From assembly GCA_035627515.1 (NCBI GenBank), contig DASPLQ010000012.1, positions 778,331-842,330 of the forward strand: a DNA stretch of 64,000 nt, given 5' to 3'. Of this stretch, positions 19,209-27,803 are shown piece after piece. The first letter of the stretch is position 1. Every line of letters begins with the position of its first letter. A program made the position numbers and the translations under genes. The stretch comes from Vitreimonas sp. (lineage in GTDB: Bacteria; Patescibacteriota; Microgenomatia; UBA1400; PJMF01). The notes below the pieces were generated by a model. That model saw nothing but the letters and a program-made list of their open reading frames with translations. It was not told where the DNA came from and did not search any database.

Positions 19209-20084
19209 ATGGCTAGAACTCGATCATCAGCAAAAGCTGAGCCCAAATATACCCCTACCGCAGCCCCCGAGATGGGTTACGCTGCTAATGGAGGTTATGC
19301 CTATAGTAATAACAATCCTTACTCACTCCAAAGTGTGATGACAGCGATCAGCAATAACTTTGCGATTCTGTTATTAGCAGGCTTGTGTTTCTTGGGTGGT
19401 TTTTTCTTGGGTTCTGTCTGGACTGAAAACCAAATTTTACGATCAGGTAAATATGCCGGAGCTGCTCCTACTGCTGGTGTGCCTACTAACGGTGCCCCTC
19501 CAGCTGGCGCTCCGAGTGGTCCTACCGAAGATCAACTCAAAAACGCACCTGAAGTTAGCAACGATGATCATATTCGCGGCAATCGTAATGCCAAAGTAGT
19601 CTTAGTTGAGTACTCGGACTTCGAGTGTCCATTCTGTGCTCGGTTCCATCCGACTATGACACAAGTGATGGAAGAGTACGGCGACCAAGTGGCTTGGGTA
19701 TATCGTCACTATCCATTAAGTTTCCATCCTAATGCTCAAAAAGCTGCTGAAGCCTCCGAGTGTGTCGCTAAGCAACAAGGTGACGAAGGCTTCTGGAAGT
19801 TTGTTGATAGCATTTTTGAAGAAAATAACAAAGCCGGTGGTCAAATTTCCCCAGCTGTTATTGAATCAGTTGCTCAAAGCACTGGTGTCAACATGACGAG
19901 CTTCAAATCATGTTTAGACAGTGGTGAAATGGCTCAAAAAGTCAGTGATCACATGACAGGCGGGAGTGGAGCAGGCATTTCTGGTACGCCAGGTACTATC
20001 ATCTTTGCTGATGGCAAAGCTGAGTTAATCCCCGGTGCTTTACCTTTCGAACAAGTCAAACCGATGATCGATCGCTATCTGTAA
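19209..20084 (+). CDS. membrane-anchored DsbA-like thiol:disulfide oxidoreductase
   Basis: Thioredoxin-fold CxxC active site FECPFCARFHP. N-terminal TM anchor and Pro/Gly/Ala linker. The start was moved to the ATG at 19209 (MARTRSS), which has a GAGGAG SD. The track ORF starts at 19140. Confidence 0.75.
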   Translation: MARTRSSAKAEPKYTPTAAPEMGYAANGGYAYSNNNPYSLQSVMTAISNNFAILLLAGLCFLGGFFLGSVWTENQILRSGKYAGAAPTAGVPTNGAPPAGAPSGPTEDQLKNAPEVSNDDHIRGNRNAKVVLVEYSDFECPFCARFHPTMTQVMEEYGDQVAWVYRHYPLSFHPNAQKAAEASECVAKQQGDEGFWKFVDSIFEENNKAGGQISPAVIESVAQSTGVNMTSFKSCLDSGEMAQKVSDHMTGGSGAGISGTPGTIIFADGKAELIPGALPFEQVKPMIDRYL

Positions 20085-20108
20085 GTTTAATTTAGTTTGA
20101 TTATTAAA

Positions 20109-20134
20109 CCCCCGCGCTCAGCGCGGGGGTTTTT
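20109..20134 (+). terminator. intrinsic terminator after the dsbA-like gene
   Basis: CCCCCGCGC-tca-GCGCGGGGG (9-bp GC stem) followed by TTTTT. Confidence 0.8.
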
Positions 20135-20187
20135 GTTTTCCATACGATTTATCTTGATTAATTAAGCCTATTTATATTAATTATAAG

Positions 20188-20216
20188 TTGACTTATGTGT
20201 ATCAAAGAAGTATATT
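20188..20216 (+). promoter_or_regulatory. sigma70-like promoter upstream of the 20238 gene
   Basis: TTGACT -17 nt- TATATT, about 22 nt upstream of the ORF start. Confidence 0.5.
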
Positions 20217-20237
20217 ATGGCTCCTTAAAAGTATTAG

Positions 20238-21887
20238 TTGGTTATGACTAATTCCGCTCCCCAAGAAAAAAGAATTTTAGATCTGGATACTCTTGAAGAG
20301 ATTCTGAGAGGTAATTGGGCAACCAAACAACTGTCTAAAAATTGGATAGATTACTTAGCTTCTACTGCCTTCGGAAAAGCAATAGCGTTATCGATTGTTA
20401 ATACCCAATACCAGAGACAATCCCAAGAATACCAGCAGCAACAGCAAGTATTGCGAGCTGAACAGGAAGCTGCCGTCGCGCGTGCCCAGGATACCCGAAT
20501 GCCAATTGAGATTGGTGAAAGAGTAGTTGAGCATGAGTTAATCGCCACAGCAGAACAAGTCAAAGGAATTAATGCTACTTTAACAGCTGGTATTGCTTAT
20601 CTTGAGCGTCAATTAGCCTCGATTATTAATGCTGAAGGGGTACCTAACACCAGTCGTTGGGAAGAAGCTATTTCTCCCATTGAAGTAGTGAAATTATTTG
20701 CTAAGTCGAGAGCAGATGCTAACTTGCATACTCAAATGCTTGAGCAGGCAATGGGATATTTATGGAATCCTCATATAAATCAGATTGATAAAAGTGCAGC
20801 CAAACCTAAAAGCGGTGAAATTCAAAAGATTATGTGGGAATTTATGCAGGCTGCTAAGGGACCTGATGTTCATTTGGCTGAAGCTCAAATAGTTGTCACA
20901 CACACAGTAGATAAAGATGACACAGGTGAAGTTTTTAATCGTGAGGCGATGATAAATATCATTAATACAGTCATGGTGGCAAAAGCCGATAAGCAACGTT
21001 TAGTGAAGACTGCTGAAAACGATAATTATGCTACTTTAGAACTGGAAGCAATGTTGGAATTTTGTCGTCGCAAGGGATTGAGTGATACTTTAGTGAAAGC
21101 TGAGTTAGAAAAAATGCCTTCTCGAGAACTTCGGTTGAAATATCTCGCCTCATTGATGAAGTTGGTTTGGGAAACTAACTTGTGGTCTGGAAGAGATTAT
21201 AGTGGGGTAGCCCATAACATCCGTTTGCTTTATGAGCCTAGTCTCAAGGGCCATGAAACCGTTGTTCCGCTGCGACGCTTTAATAACAATATTTTTTGGA
21301 AAAGTATGGCTGGGGCATTGCGAGCTGACTTTTTTGATGCTGGTCAAAACAAAGCACTTTACTCAGAAACACATCTATTAATTGGAAAATTGGTTCGTTG
21401 TTTAGCGATTGTGGCCTTCTTCCGGGCCGTCATACTTCAAAATAGAAATGGATCTTTCTCTCAAGAGTGTAAAGAATCGTTCCGAATTTTTATTGAGCAA
21501 CAATATCCAGAGGAAGGTAGTAAAGCCGCCAAAGTATTTATGATGCCCAAAGAGACTAGCAAAACAAATATAGTCGCCATGGCCAATAAACTCATCAGAG
21601 GTCTGCAAGCCATAGAAGGTTTTACGATTGATGACATGCTCGAAATGTTTATTGATTCGAAAATTCCCAATATTCACAAACAATTACAAGCGTGGATAGA
21701 ACAACTTACCGCCCTCTTATTAAGTAATAGTCCAGTTTTCAAGTTCGATTTTGCTCTGTTAGAAATGCCTGAGCATGATACGCAAGAGGTGACGGCTCAA
21801 GCAATAGAAGCTGTTTTTCCTGAAGATGCAACTCAAACTGAAGACCACCCAACTCCGCCTTCTGCTGCTGCTTCAGCCACAGTCTAA
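20238..21887 (+). CDS. large hypothetical protein (549 aa) with no recognisable domain
   Basis: Long ORF with its own promoter and an upstream terminator. Gln-rich coiled-coil-like segment near the N-terminus. The start may be the ATG at 20244. Confidence 0.5.
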   Translation: MVMTNSAPQEKRILDLDTLEEILRGNWATKQLSKNWIDYLASTAFGKAIALSIVNTQYQRQSQEYQQQQQVLRAEQEAAVARAQDTRMPIEIGERVVEHELIATAEQVKGINATLTAGIAYLERQLASIINAEGVPNTSRWEEAISPIEVVKLFAKSRADANLHTQMLEQAMGYLWNPHINQIDKSAAKPKSGEIQKIMWEFMQAAKGPDVHLAEAQIVVTHTVDKDDTGEVFNREAMINIINTVMVAKADKQRLVKTAENDNYATLELEAMLEFCRRKGLSDTLVKAELEKMPSRELRLKYLASLMKLVWETNLWSGRDYSGVAHNIRLLYEPSLKGHETVVPLRRFNNNIFWKSMAGALRADFFDAGQNKALYSETHLLIGKLVRCLAIVAFFRAVILQNRNGSFSQECKESFRIFIEQQYPEEGSKAAKVFMMPKETSKTNIVAMANKLIRGLQAIEGFTIDDMLEMFIDSKIPNIHKQLQAWIEQLTALLLSNSPVFKFDFALLEMPEHDTQEVTAQAIEAVFPEDATQTEDHPTPPSAAASATV

Positions 21888-21963
21888 ATTTTCTGACGTA
21901 ATTTTACTTCTCCAGATGTGCTAAAATGTTTATGCCGTAAAGTAACGTGCATAAAGGATAATT

Positions 21964-22395
21964 ATGTCTCTCAAAACCCAACTTACCGATGATATGAAGC
22001 AAGCCATGCGCGATCGCAATTCAGTGAAATTGAACACGATTCGCTTCATGTTATCTGAACTCAAAAACTACGAAATCGATAATGGCGAGCAAGATGATGC
22101 TGGTGTCCAAAAATTAATTGCCAAACAAGTCAAGCAAATGAAAGACGCTATGGCTGAGTTTCAGCAAGGTGGCCGTGAAGATTTGGTTGCCGAAGAGCAA
22201 GCCAAAGTGGTATTTTTGGAAGCTTATTTACCTGCTCAAATGTCTGATGCTGATCTGGAAGCAATCGTCAAACGCGTCATTGAAGGTGCCAGTGATAAAT
22301 CAATGGGTGCCATCATGAACCAGGTCCGCGCCGAAGTGGGTGGGGCTGCTGACGGTGGAAAGATTGCCCAAATAGTCAAAGCTCACTTACAATAA
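21964..22395 (+). CDS. GatB/YqeY-domain protein
   Basis: Typical YqeY N-terminus (LTDDMKQAMRDRNSVKLNTIRFMLSELKNYEID). About 143 aa. Confidence 0.8.
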   Translation: MSLKTQLTDDMKQAMRDRNSVKLNTIRFMLSELKNYEIDNGEQDDAGVQKLIAKQVKQMKDAMAEFQQGGREDLVAEEQAKVVFLEAYLPAQMSDADLEAIVKRVIEGASDKSMGAIMNQVRAEVGGAADGGKIAQIVKAHLQ

Positions 22396-22399
22396 GAGC

Positions 22400-23044
22400 A
22401 TGAAGACCAAATCCATTGGTGAAATTCTTGGTGAGGAACGTGAGTTCCATCGATTAAGTTTAGCTGACCTTGCTAAGCGGACGCGCATTCGTTTGGAGTA
22501 CTTGCAGGCTTTGGAAAATAACGAGTTCGATAAGTTACCTTCCTCCACTTTTGTCAAAGGTTATATTCGCACCTACGGCCAGATTTTTGGGTTTGATTAT
22601 TTACCGCTGCTAGCTTTGCTACGGCGTGATTTTAAAGAAAGTGCTAAAGGCAAGCTAGTGCCACGGGAGTTTATCAAACCGGTCCTCAAAAAACGTCCTT
22701 TTTGGACCCCTATCACTGCCGCTATGGTCGTGCTTGGAACCTTGTTTTTGACCCTTATCACATATGTTCTAGTCCAGTGGTATCACTTCACTAAGCCCCC
22801 GCTGCTGGAAGTTTTCTCACCTGAAGCAGACGCTTTTGTCTCTGCCCAAGTGATGGTGGAAGGGAGAACAAATCCTGAAGCGGTAGTAGCGGTGAATGCT
22901 CAGCCAGTCTCATTACAACCAGATGGGAGTTTCCGGTATGAGCTGTACTTGCCGCGTGAAGGTATCACTACCATCACTGTGGAAGCCACTGATCGGCGTG
23001 GTAAAACTAATCTTCTCCAGCGGACGGTTTACGTAAAGTTCTAA
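22400..23044 (+). CDS. RodZ-like membrane protein with an N-terminal XRE-type HTH
   Basis: HTH region LSLADLAKRTRIRLEYLQALENNEFDKLPSSTFVKGYIRTY matches the RodZ N-terminus. Single TM, then an extracellular domain. Confidence 0.65.
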   Translation: MKTKSIGEILGEEREFHRLSLADLAKRTRIRLEYLQALENNEFDKLPSSTFVKGYIRTYGQIFGFDYLPLLALLRRDFKESAKGKLVPREFIKPVLKKRPFWTPITAAMVVLGTLFLTLITYVLVQWYHFTKPPLLEVFSPEADAFVSAQVMVEGRTNPEAVVAVNAQPVSLQPDGSFRYELYLPREGITTITVEATDRRGKTNLLQRTVYVKF

Positions 23045-23065
23045 ACGCGGTAAGATAGGGGTCAT

Positions 23066-23341
23066 ATGCCACCATATTTACCAGTCATTTTTGCTATCGT
23101 CTTAATTGTTCTCACTAGTGTTTTAACGGTGGTGGGTGTTCAAATCATTTTAGTTCTGGCTGAAATGAAGAAAACTCTCGAGAAAGTCAACACGACCCTC
23201 GACACCGCTGAAGCCAAACTTCACGCTGTCACCCAACCGTTGCAAAGTTTAGGTGGGATGGCTTCAGGGTTATCGACTGGCTTTAAAGTTTTTGAGGCCT
23301 TCACAGGTTGGTTGCATCGTTCTAAAGAGCGGGATGAGTAA
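23066..23341 (+). CDS. DUF948-like small membrane protein (YtxG-like)
   Basis: N-terminal TM followed by a coiled segment LAEMKKTLEKVNTTLDTAEAKL, typical of DUF948. Confidence 0.5.
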   Translation: MPPYLPVIFAIVLIVLTSVLTVVGVQIILVLAEMKKTLEKVNTTLDTAEAKLHAVTQPLQSLGGMASGLSTGFKVFEAFTGWLHRSKERDE

Positions 23342-23342
23342 C

Positions 23343-23690
23343 ATGTCACAGTCTTCACATGATTCAGGCTCATTTATTACCGGCTTTACGCTGGGGATGT
23401 TTGCTGGAGCAGCTGGATATTTCTTATTTGGCACCAAGCGCGGGGAAAAACTCAAAAAAGAGCTGAGCAAAGAGTGGCAAAAAGCCAGTGAGAATTGGCA
23501 AGAGTCTGGGGCAGCCCAAACAGGTACCGCGACCATCCGTGAAATGGCTCGCCAAGTTTTCGAGTGGCTGACCACTGAAGGTCAAAAAATGAGTGAAGAA
23601 ATGGATAAAGCTCAGCAAAAATCCAAAACTACGACCAAAACTAAAAAGAACTCCACCCCATCTAAAGAGAAAAAATTTAAAGGCCTCTAA
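23343..23690 (+). CDS. YtxH-like protein
   Basis: N-terminal GFTLGMFAGAAGYFLF hydrophobic segment followed by KRGEKLKKEL and a Lys/Glu-rich helix. The start was set at the ATG at 23343 (MSQSSHDS). The track ORF begins at 23253 inside the previous gene. Confidence 0.5.
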   Translation: MSQSSHDSGSFITGFTLGMFAGAAGYFLFGTKRGEKLKKELSKEWQKASENWQESGAAQTGTATIREMARQVFEWLTTEGQKMSEEMDKAQQKSKTTTKTKKNSTPSKEKKFKGL

Positions 23691-23737
23691 ACTTTTACTT
23701 GCTTTATAAAGGTTTTTTCTGAGATACTGATGGGATG
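23691..23737 (+). promoter_or_regulatory. conserved promoter cassette copy 1. Extended -10 (TGaGATACT) ending 6 nt before the ATG predicts a leaderless transcript.
   Basis: ACTTTTaCTTGCTTTaTAaAGGtTTTTTCTGAGATACTGaTGggATG. 35 of 43 positions identical to copy 2 (25634..25680). Confidence 0.45.
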
Positions 23738-25627
23738 TTTGTTGTTGAAGATGATTTAGCACATTTAGCCGAGACTCAGCCTGCTACTCCAAAAGTTGTC
23801 GACCCTACTCCGGTTCACAACGATACCGCTCCCACGGAGCCAGTTCTAAAAAAATCCCACATCCACAGTGACAAGGAACTTCGAGATGGAATTCAAGACG
23901 AACTTGATGCCTTACACCAAGATCCAGAGGAGTTATTAGCAGAGTTATTGCCTAGCGCTAGGCCGAGGGTGGAGAAATTAGCAGCTTTTTTAGCAGATAA
24001 ATTATTCAACAACTTTGCTGTCGGCGATAACGATTTAATAGGTTTGCTAGCTCAAGAGCCAGAGAGAATAATGAACTTCTATGGAAAGAAAGATGATGAA
24101 GTTGACGCGGAGGATTTACGACTCAAATTAACAACAGATTACCCCACTTTAGCTTTTGATTACGAACTAAATAGTGTGGGGATTGAGAGTGTTTTAACTA
24201 AACTTGTCGGGGTTATGAAGTCGCATCCTGAAGCTTTTGGGTATACCTTTCACGAATTAGAGTGGGCGACAACGTTACTCTATAAAAAGTTAGAAGAAAG
24301 ATATGCTGCCGGCCAGATGACAATTGCACAAAAGAAAGTAGGTGAAGTAGTGTTACTTTACCTTTTCACTGATAGCATTTGGTTTAAAGATGAGGTTTTT
24401 CTGAGTGATTGGCGAAATACGATCCCAGTAGGTCTTGACCACCCTGTTAGATACAATGCCGTACGTCACTCATTGGCAGTTTCTATCGCCGATTTTTGTA
24501 GGCAACATTTAGACATGGCACAAAACAAAATCCTTAGCGAGGAGGAGGAAGATAAATTATTTAAGGAGTTTAAAGAGCGTTTTCAAGGTCATAACTACGC
24601 TCAAGTATTCGGGGCGATCCAAAAAGTTTGGTATTATTTTGAGGCTACCACTAATGATAGACGGGCAGCGACCATTTTACATTCTTTAGCTTCCGAGCTA
24701 GCTTGGTATGCTAAGCCCAATAAAGGGGAAGTGTGGGATAAACTAAAAAAGACCAAGATCAAGTTAACTCCTGAACAGAAGCGGTATTATGCTGAGTTAT
24801 CTAAGGCATTCTTTGATTCAGACGATTGGCACCATCTTCGCCCAGAACAGCCTCCACCCCAGTGGTTATTCAAAATAGTCAAAGGATTATTTATTGGTTT
24901 ATCGATTGGCTCTGTTCTCACCATCGGTGCTAAAGAAAATCCACAAAAAACCAACGAGATAGTTAACACTGCTGAAAATTATTATCAGCTCAGCGCTGAA
25001 GCCCTAGCTGAGTTTTTGCCGGATAGGTTTGGTGGGCACGATGTAGATCGATCAAGTGCTGAAGCCACCGCTGTGAGTTCCAACGAACAAAATAAGCCTG
25101 GTGCTACTAACTTTACAGAGCAAGTTAACACGCAACCGGAGACTAGGCCTACACAAAGTGTCCCCACCCAACCTGCTCAGCCTCCACCCGAGAGCCCACC
25201 AGTAGTGTCGGCGACCCCAGAAGTAGTTTTGCCCACTACTGGTTGGCATACTTTCGTTGGCATTGATTTACAAGGTTGGCAAACAGTCAAAGAGTGGGAA
25301 AACGGTGGTTTTGGTTGGCGCGCGCCGGTGATCGAGCTAACAGAGTTTTTCTTGCGTGAAGCTCACACTAACCCCCAGGGAGCTGAGTATTCATATGGTT
25401 TTAATCCTCATGCCAGTGATGCCGAAACTATTGAGTGGGCAGTTCGCGCTGCTCAGGCAGTGCAGAATCAACATCCTGAACTTGCAGGTACAGTTACACC
25501 GGGTAACCTTGATGAAACAATCACTCCCATCATAGCTGGCATCGAGGGTAGCGCCACGGCTATTACACCGGTGCCAGTGACCAATTACACCGGCCTTGTG
25601 GATCGCTTAACCCAACGCTTGCCATAA
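23735..25627 (+). CDS. large hypothetical bitopic membrane protein (630 aa)
   Basis: Single TM near the middle (LFKIVKGLFIGLSIGSVLTIG). C-terminal half is Pro/Thr/Gln-rich and then globular. No known domain. Confidence 0.5.
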   Translation: MFVVEDDLAHLAETQPATPKVVDPTPVHNDTAPTEPVLKKSHIHSDKELRDGIQDELDALHQDPEELLAELLPSARPRVEKLAAFLADKLFNNFAVGDNDLIGLLAQEPERIMNFYGKKDDEVDAEDLRLKLTTDYPTLAFDYELNSVGIESVLTKLVGVMKSHPEAFGYTFHELEWATTLLYKKLEERYAAGQMTIAQKKVGEVVLLYLFTDSIWFKDEVFLSDWRNTIPVGLDHPVRYNAVRHSLAVSIADFCRQHLDMAQNKILSEEEEDKLFKEFKERFQGHNYAQVFGAIQKVWYYFEATTNDRRAATILHSLASELAWYAKPNKGEVWDKLKKTKIKLTPEQKRYYAELSKAFFDSDDWHHLRPEQPPPQWLFKIVKGLFIGLSIGSVLTIGAKENPQKTNEIVNTAENYYQLSAEALAEFLPDRFGGHDVDRSSAEATAVSSNEQNKPGATNFTEQVNTQPETRPTQSVPTQPAQPPPESPPVVSATPEVVLPTTGWHTFVGIDLQGWQTVKEWENGGFGWRAPVIELTEFFLREAHTNPQGAEYSYGFNPHASDAETIEWAVRAAQAVQNQHPELAGTVTPGNLDETITPIIAGIEGSATAITPVPVTNYTGLVDRLTQRLP

Positions 25628-25633
25628 ATTCTG

Positions 25634-25680
25634 ATTGTTGCTTGCGTGTCAAAGGGTTTTTCTGAGATACTGGTGAAATG
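25634..25680 (+). promoter_or_regulatory. conserved promoter cassette copy 2 (leaderless-type, extended -10 TGaGATACT 6 nt before the ATG)
   Basis: TTGCTTGCgTgtcAAAGGgTTTTTCTGAGATACTGgTGaaATG. Confidence 0.45.
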
Positions 25681-27504
25681 CATGAAGCTCCGATAACTGC
25701 TGTTAACTTGCCACTTTCTACGGCCATTAGAACAGATGGTGTTCTGAGTCCTCAACAAGAGGATACTTTGAAGTATCGAAATAGAGCCGAACAAAAAGCA
25801 GAAGATTTGCTAAATAACATTATCGGGGGAAGAGACTTAACAGTAGTAATGGGGTATGTTACTACTGAACCTAAGGCTGTTAATGAAGTTGTTCCTGATT
25901 TTTCAATTCTATTTAATACTGAAGCCACAGGAACTTTAACATCTGCGGTGCCTGCAGTTTTATCTCATGACACGATTGTAACTGAAGGCGAAACCCGCCT
26001 GCACAACGGTTTGTATCATCAACTTTCTACTGAGAATCATAGTTTTCAAGGTTTAAAAATTAATCAAATAGGTGATGAATATGTCACTAAACTTAGTTCA
26101 CTTTTAATTGATAAATATGGGGTGAACTATACAGCGGAAGATGTAATTAGAGCACTTGATAAGCTCTTCACTAAAGTTTCTGGCGATTCAGATTTGGCTG
26201 AGAAGGCTCGAACTCAACTTAAAGCAGTCTTAGAAGCAACTAAAGCTAAACTCAAACATCGATTCGCCACTGTTTCAATTGAGAATAAAACAGCTCCAGT
26301 GGAGAGACTCGAGTTGCTTAAGCCTGGAAATAGGGCTGTCAGAATTGAACTCACGCACTTTTGTTTAACTGAAGGATTTCAAGTTGATAACTCGGAAGCT
26401 CAGCGATCAAAGTTTGTGGCCAAATTTTTAGCTGAATTTGATGGTTACCAACCTGGAGTTTTGCGACACTACTTAGCTATTCTTTACAAAGAGTTATCTG
26501 TTTTGCCCAGTGATATGGGAGTGGTAAAACAAAGTATTGATCTTCTTAACACAGCAATTCTGCGCCAACAGGTCGATAATAAGAACTGGAAGCATCAATC
26601 AGATTCTTCCAAGTTAGGTGTTGTTTTTAGTAAGTATCGATTTTATCGCGATTTCCAGCGTGAGGTAGCTGAGGCCTTAAAAAACAAGCAAAAAGCCACC
26701 GAGGTTGAAAAGCAGAAGGCGCTGCTTGAAAAAACAGCTGTAAGTGCTGAAATAAGAAAACCTGTTCTTTCACGAAAAATGCTTTGGGGTGGGGTCGTTT
26801 TCTTATTGGTTGGGGCCTGTGGTTTAGTTGAGGCATTTAACCCTGGTGCATTGACTCAAGCGCGAGCTAACTTTAATGATAATAATGAAAACTCATCTTC
26901 AACTTCGATGGTCAGTGAGTTGTTTGCAGATTTGTTAGCAGCAGAAAAACATATCGAGCATATTTTGAGTGATGAATATGTTCCAGCCTTAGTGAATGAT
27001 CCATATAAAGAAATGCGTGCCGCTGCGGCTTCGCCGATAGTACCTGAAGCGTCAGTAACTCGTAGTGAAGGGATGCAAGAGTTGCATCAACTGAGTCAAG
27101 ATTTAGCTCTAGCATCTTTGCGCGATCAGGTCACAGGGGGGTCGCCTGAACGCCAACGCTTAGTTGATTACGTACGTTGGACGATCAATATGTCATATAA
27201 TCGGCCTGGAGATTTTGCGCGGCTAGTGTCTATTACGGGGGTAAGTTGGAATCCAGAAAAGTTGGAAACATATTTGCGGATAGCTACTCGGATTGAGAAG
27301 TATCTGCCTGATTTACATCAACAGGTTATAACTGGTCAATCTGACATTTTAGGAGCAGTTCAGGCAAATATGGATGAGTTCCCAGAAGGTTTTGATGCTC
27401 GTGCAGTTGAGCATGACAATACCACTCCAGATGCTTCAATTTCAGGAGAAATTGATACAGAATTACTAGATAAACTGCAAACTCTGACTAAGATTGCTGG
27501 CTAA
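25678..27504 (+). CDS. large hypothetical bitopic membrane protein (608 aa), same architecture as the preceding gene
   Basis: Single central TM (MLWGGVVFLLVGACGLV). No known domain. Shares the upstream cassette with 23735..25627. Confidence 0.5.
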   Translation: MHEAPITAVNLPLSTAIRTDGVLSPQQEDTLKYRNRAEQKAEDLLNNIIGGRDLTVVMGYVTTEPKAVNEVVPDFSILFNTEATGTLTSAVPAVLSHDTIVTEGETRLHNGLYHQLSTENHSFQGLKINQIGDEYVTKLSSLLIDKYGVNYTAEDVIRALDKLFTKVSGDSDLAEKARTQLKAVLEATKAKLKHRFATVSIENKTAPVERLELLKPGNRAVRIELTHFCLTEGFQVDNSEAQRSKFVAKFLAEFDGYQPGVLRHYLAILYKELSVLPSDMGVVKQSIDLLNTAILRQQVDNKNWKHQSDSSKLGVVFSKYRFYRDFQREVAEALKNKQKATEVEKQKALLEKTAVSAEIRKPVLSRKMLWGGVVFLLVGACGLVEAFNPGALTQARANFNDNNENSSSTSMVSELFADLLAAEKHIEHILSDEYVPALVNDPYKEMRAAAASPIVPEASVTRSEGMQELHQLSQDLALASLRDQVTGGSPERQRLVDYVRWTINMSYNRPGDFARLVSITGVSWNPEKLETYLRIATRIEKYLPDLHQQVITGQSDILGAVQANMDEFPEGFDARAVEHDNTTPDASISGEIDTELLDKLQTLTKIAG

Positions 27505-27506
27505 AA

Positions 27507-27535
27507 TTGACAAACCTCCAGCCACCACTTACAAT
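27507..27535 (+). promoter_or_regulatory. consensus sigma70-like promoter of the alaS leader
   Basis: TTGACA -17 nt- TACAAT, immediately after the upstream stop codon. Confidence 0.6.
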
Positions 27536-27541
27536 TCAAGC

Positions 27542-27766
27542 AACAACTTAACAACAGCGATGAATGGAAGAATTTTGAGTTCATTTGAATTCAGAAGGGC
27601 CGCCCAGGAGCTGCCAGCGAAGAGCTGAGCCGGAAGTTTACAAAGTTCACCGTCAACAGAACTAGAGCCCTATGCCGAAATGGTTTAGGGGAACCAAGGT
27701 GGTACCACGAGAAGCCTCGTCCTTGTCCAGAACTAGAGTAGTTCAGGATGAAGACGAGGTTTTTTT
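27542..27766 (+). ncRNA. candidate T-box riboswitch leader controlling alaS
   Basis: About 260-nt leader. T-box-like sequence AACCAAGGUGGUACCACGAG (27690..27711; consensus AAUUAGGGUGGNACCGCG). It contains UGGU, which is complementary to an NCCA 3' end with an A discriminator base, as in tRNA-Ala. It overlaps the 5' arm of a long terminator hairpin (27715..27733 / 27741..27759) that is followed by UUUUUUU (27760..27766). Confidence 0.55.
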
Positions 27767-27803
27767 ATTGGCATAAAGAAAATTACTTAACCCGAAAGGT
27801 CAT

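Noticed and set aside
23253-23342. Track start of the YtxH-like ORF at 23253 inside the DUF948-like gene
   Set aside because: The region is in a different frame of the upstream gene. The family-typical N-terminus begins at the ATG at 23343.
25638-25643. TTGCTT as a -35 box for the leaderless promoter cassettes
   Set aside because: Spacing to the -10 is 18-22 nt and differs between copies. The TGn extended -10 is the more consistent signal, so no -35 box is claimed.
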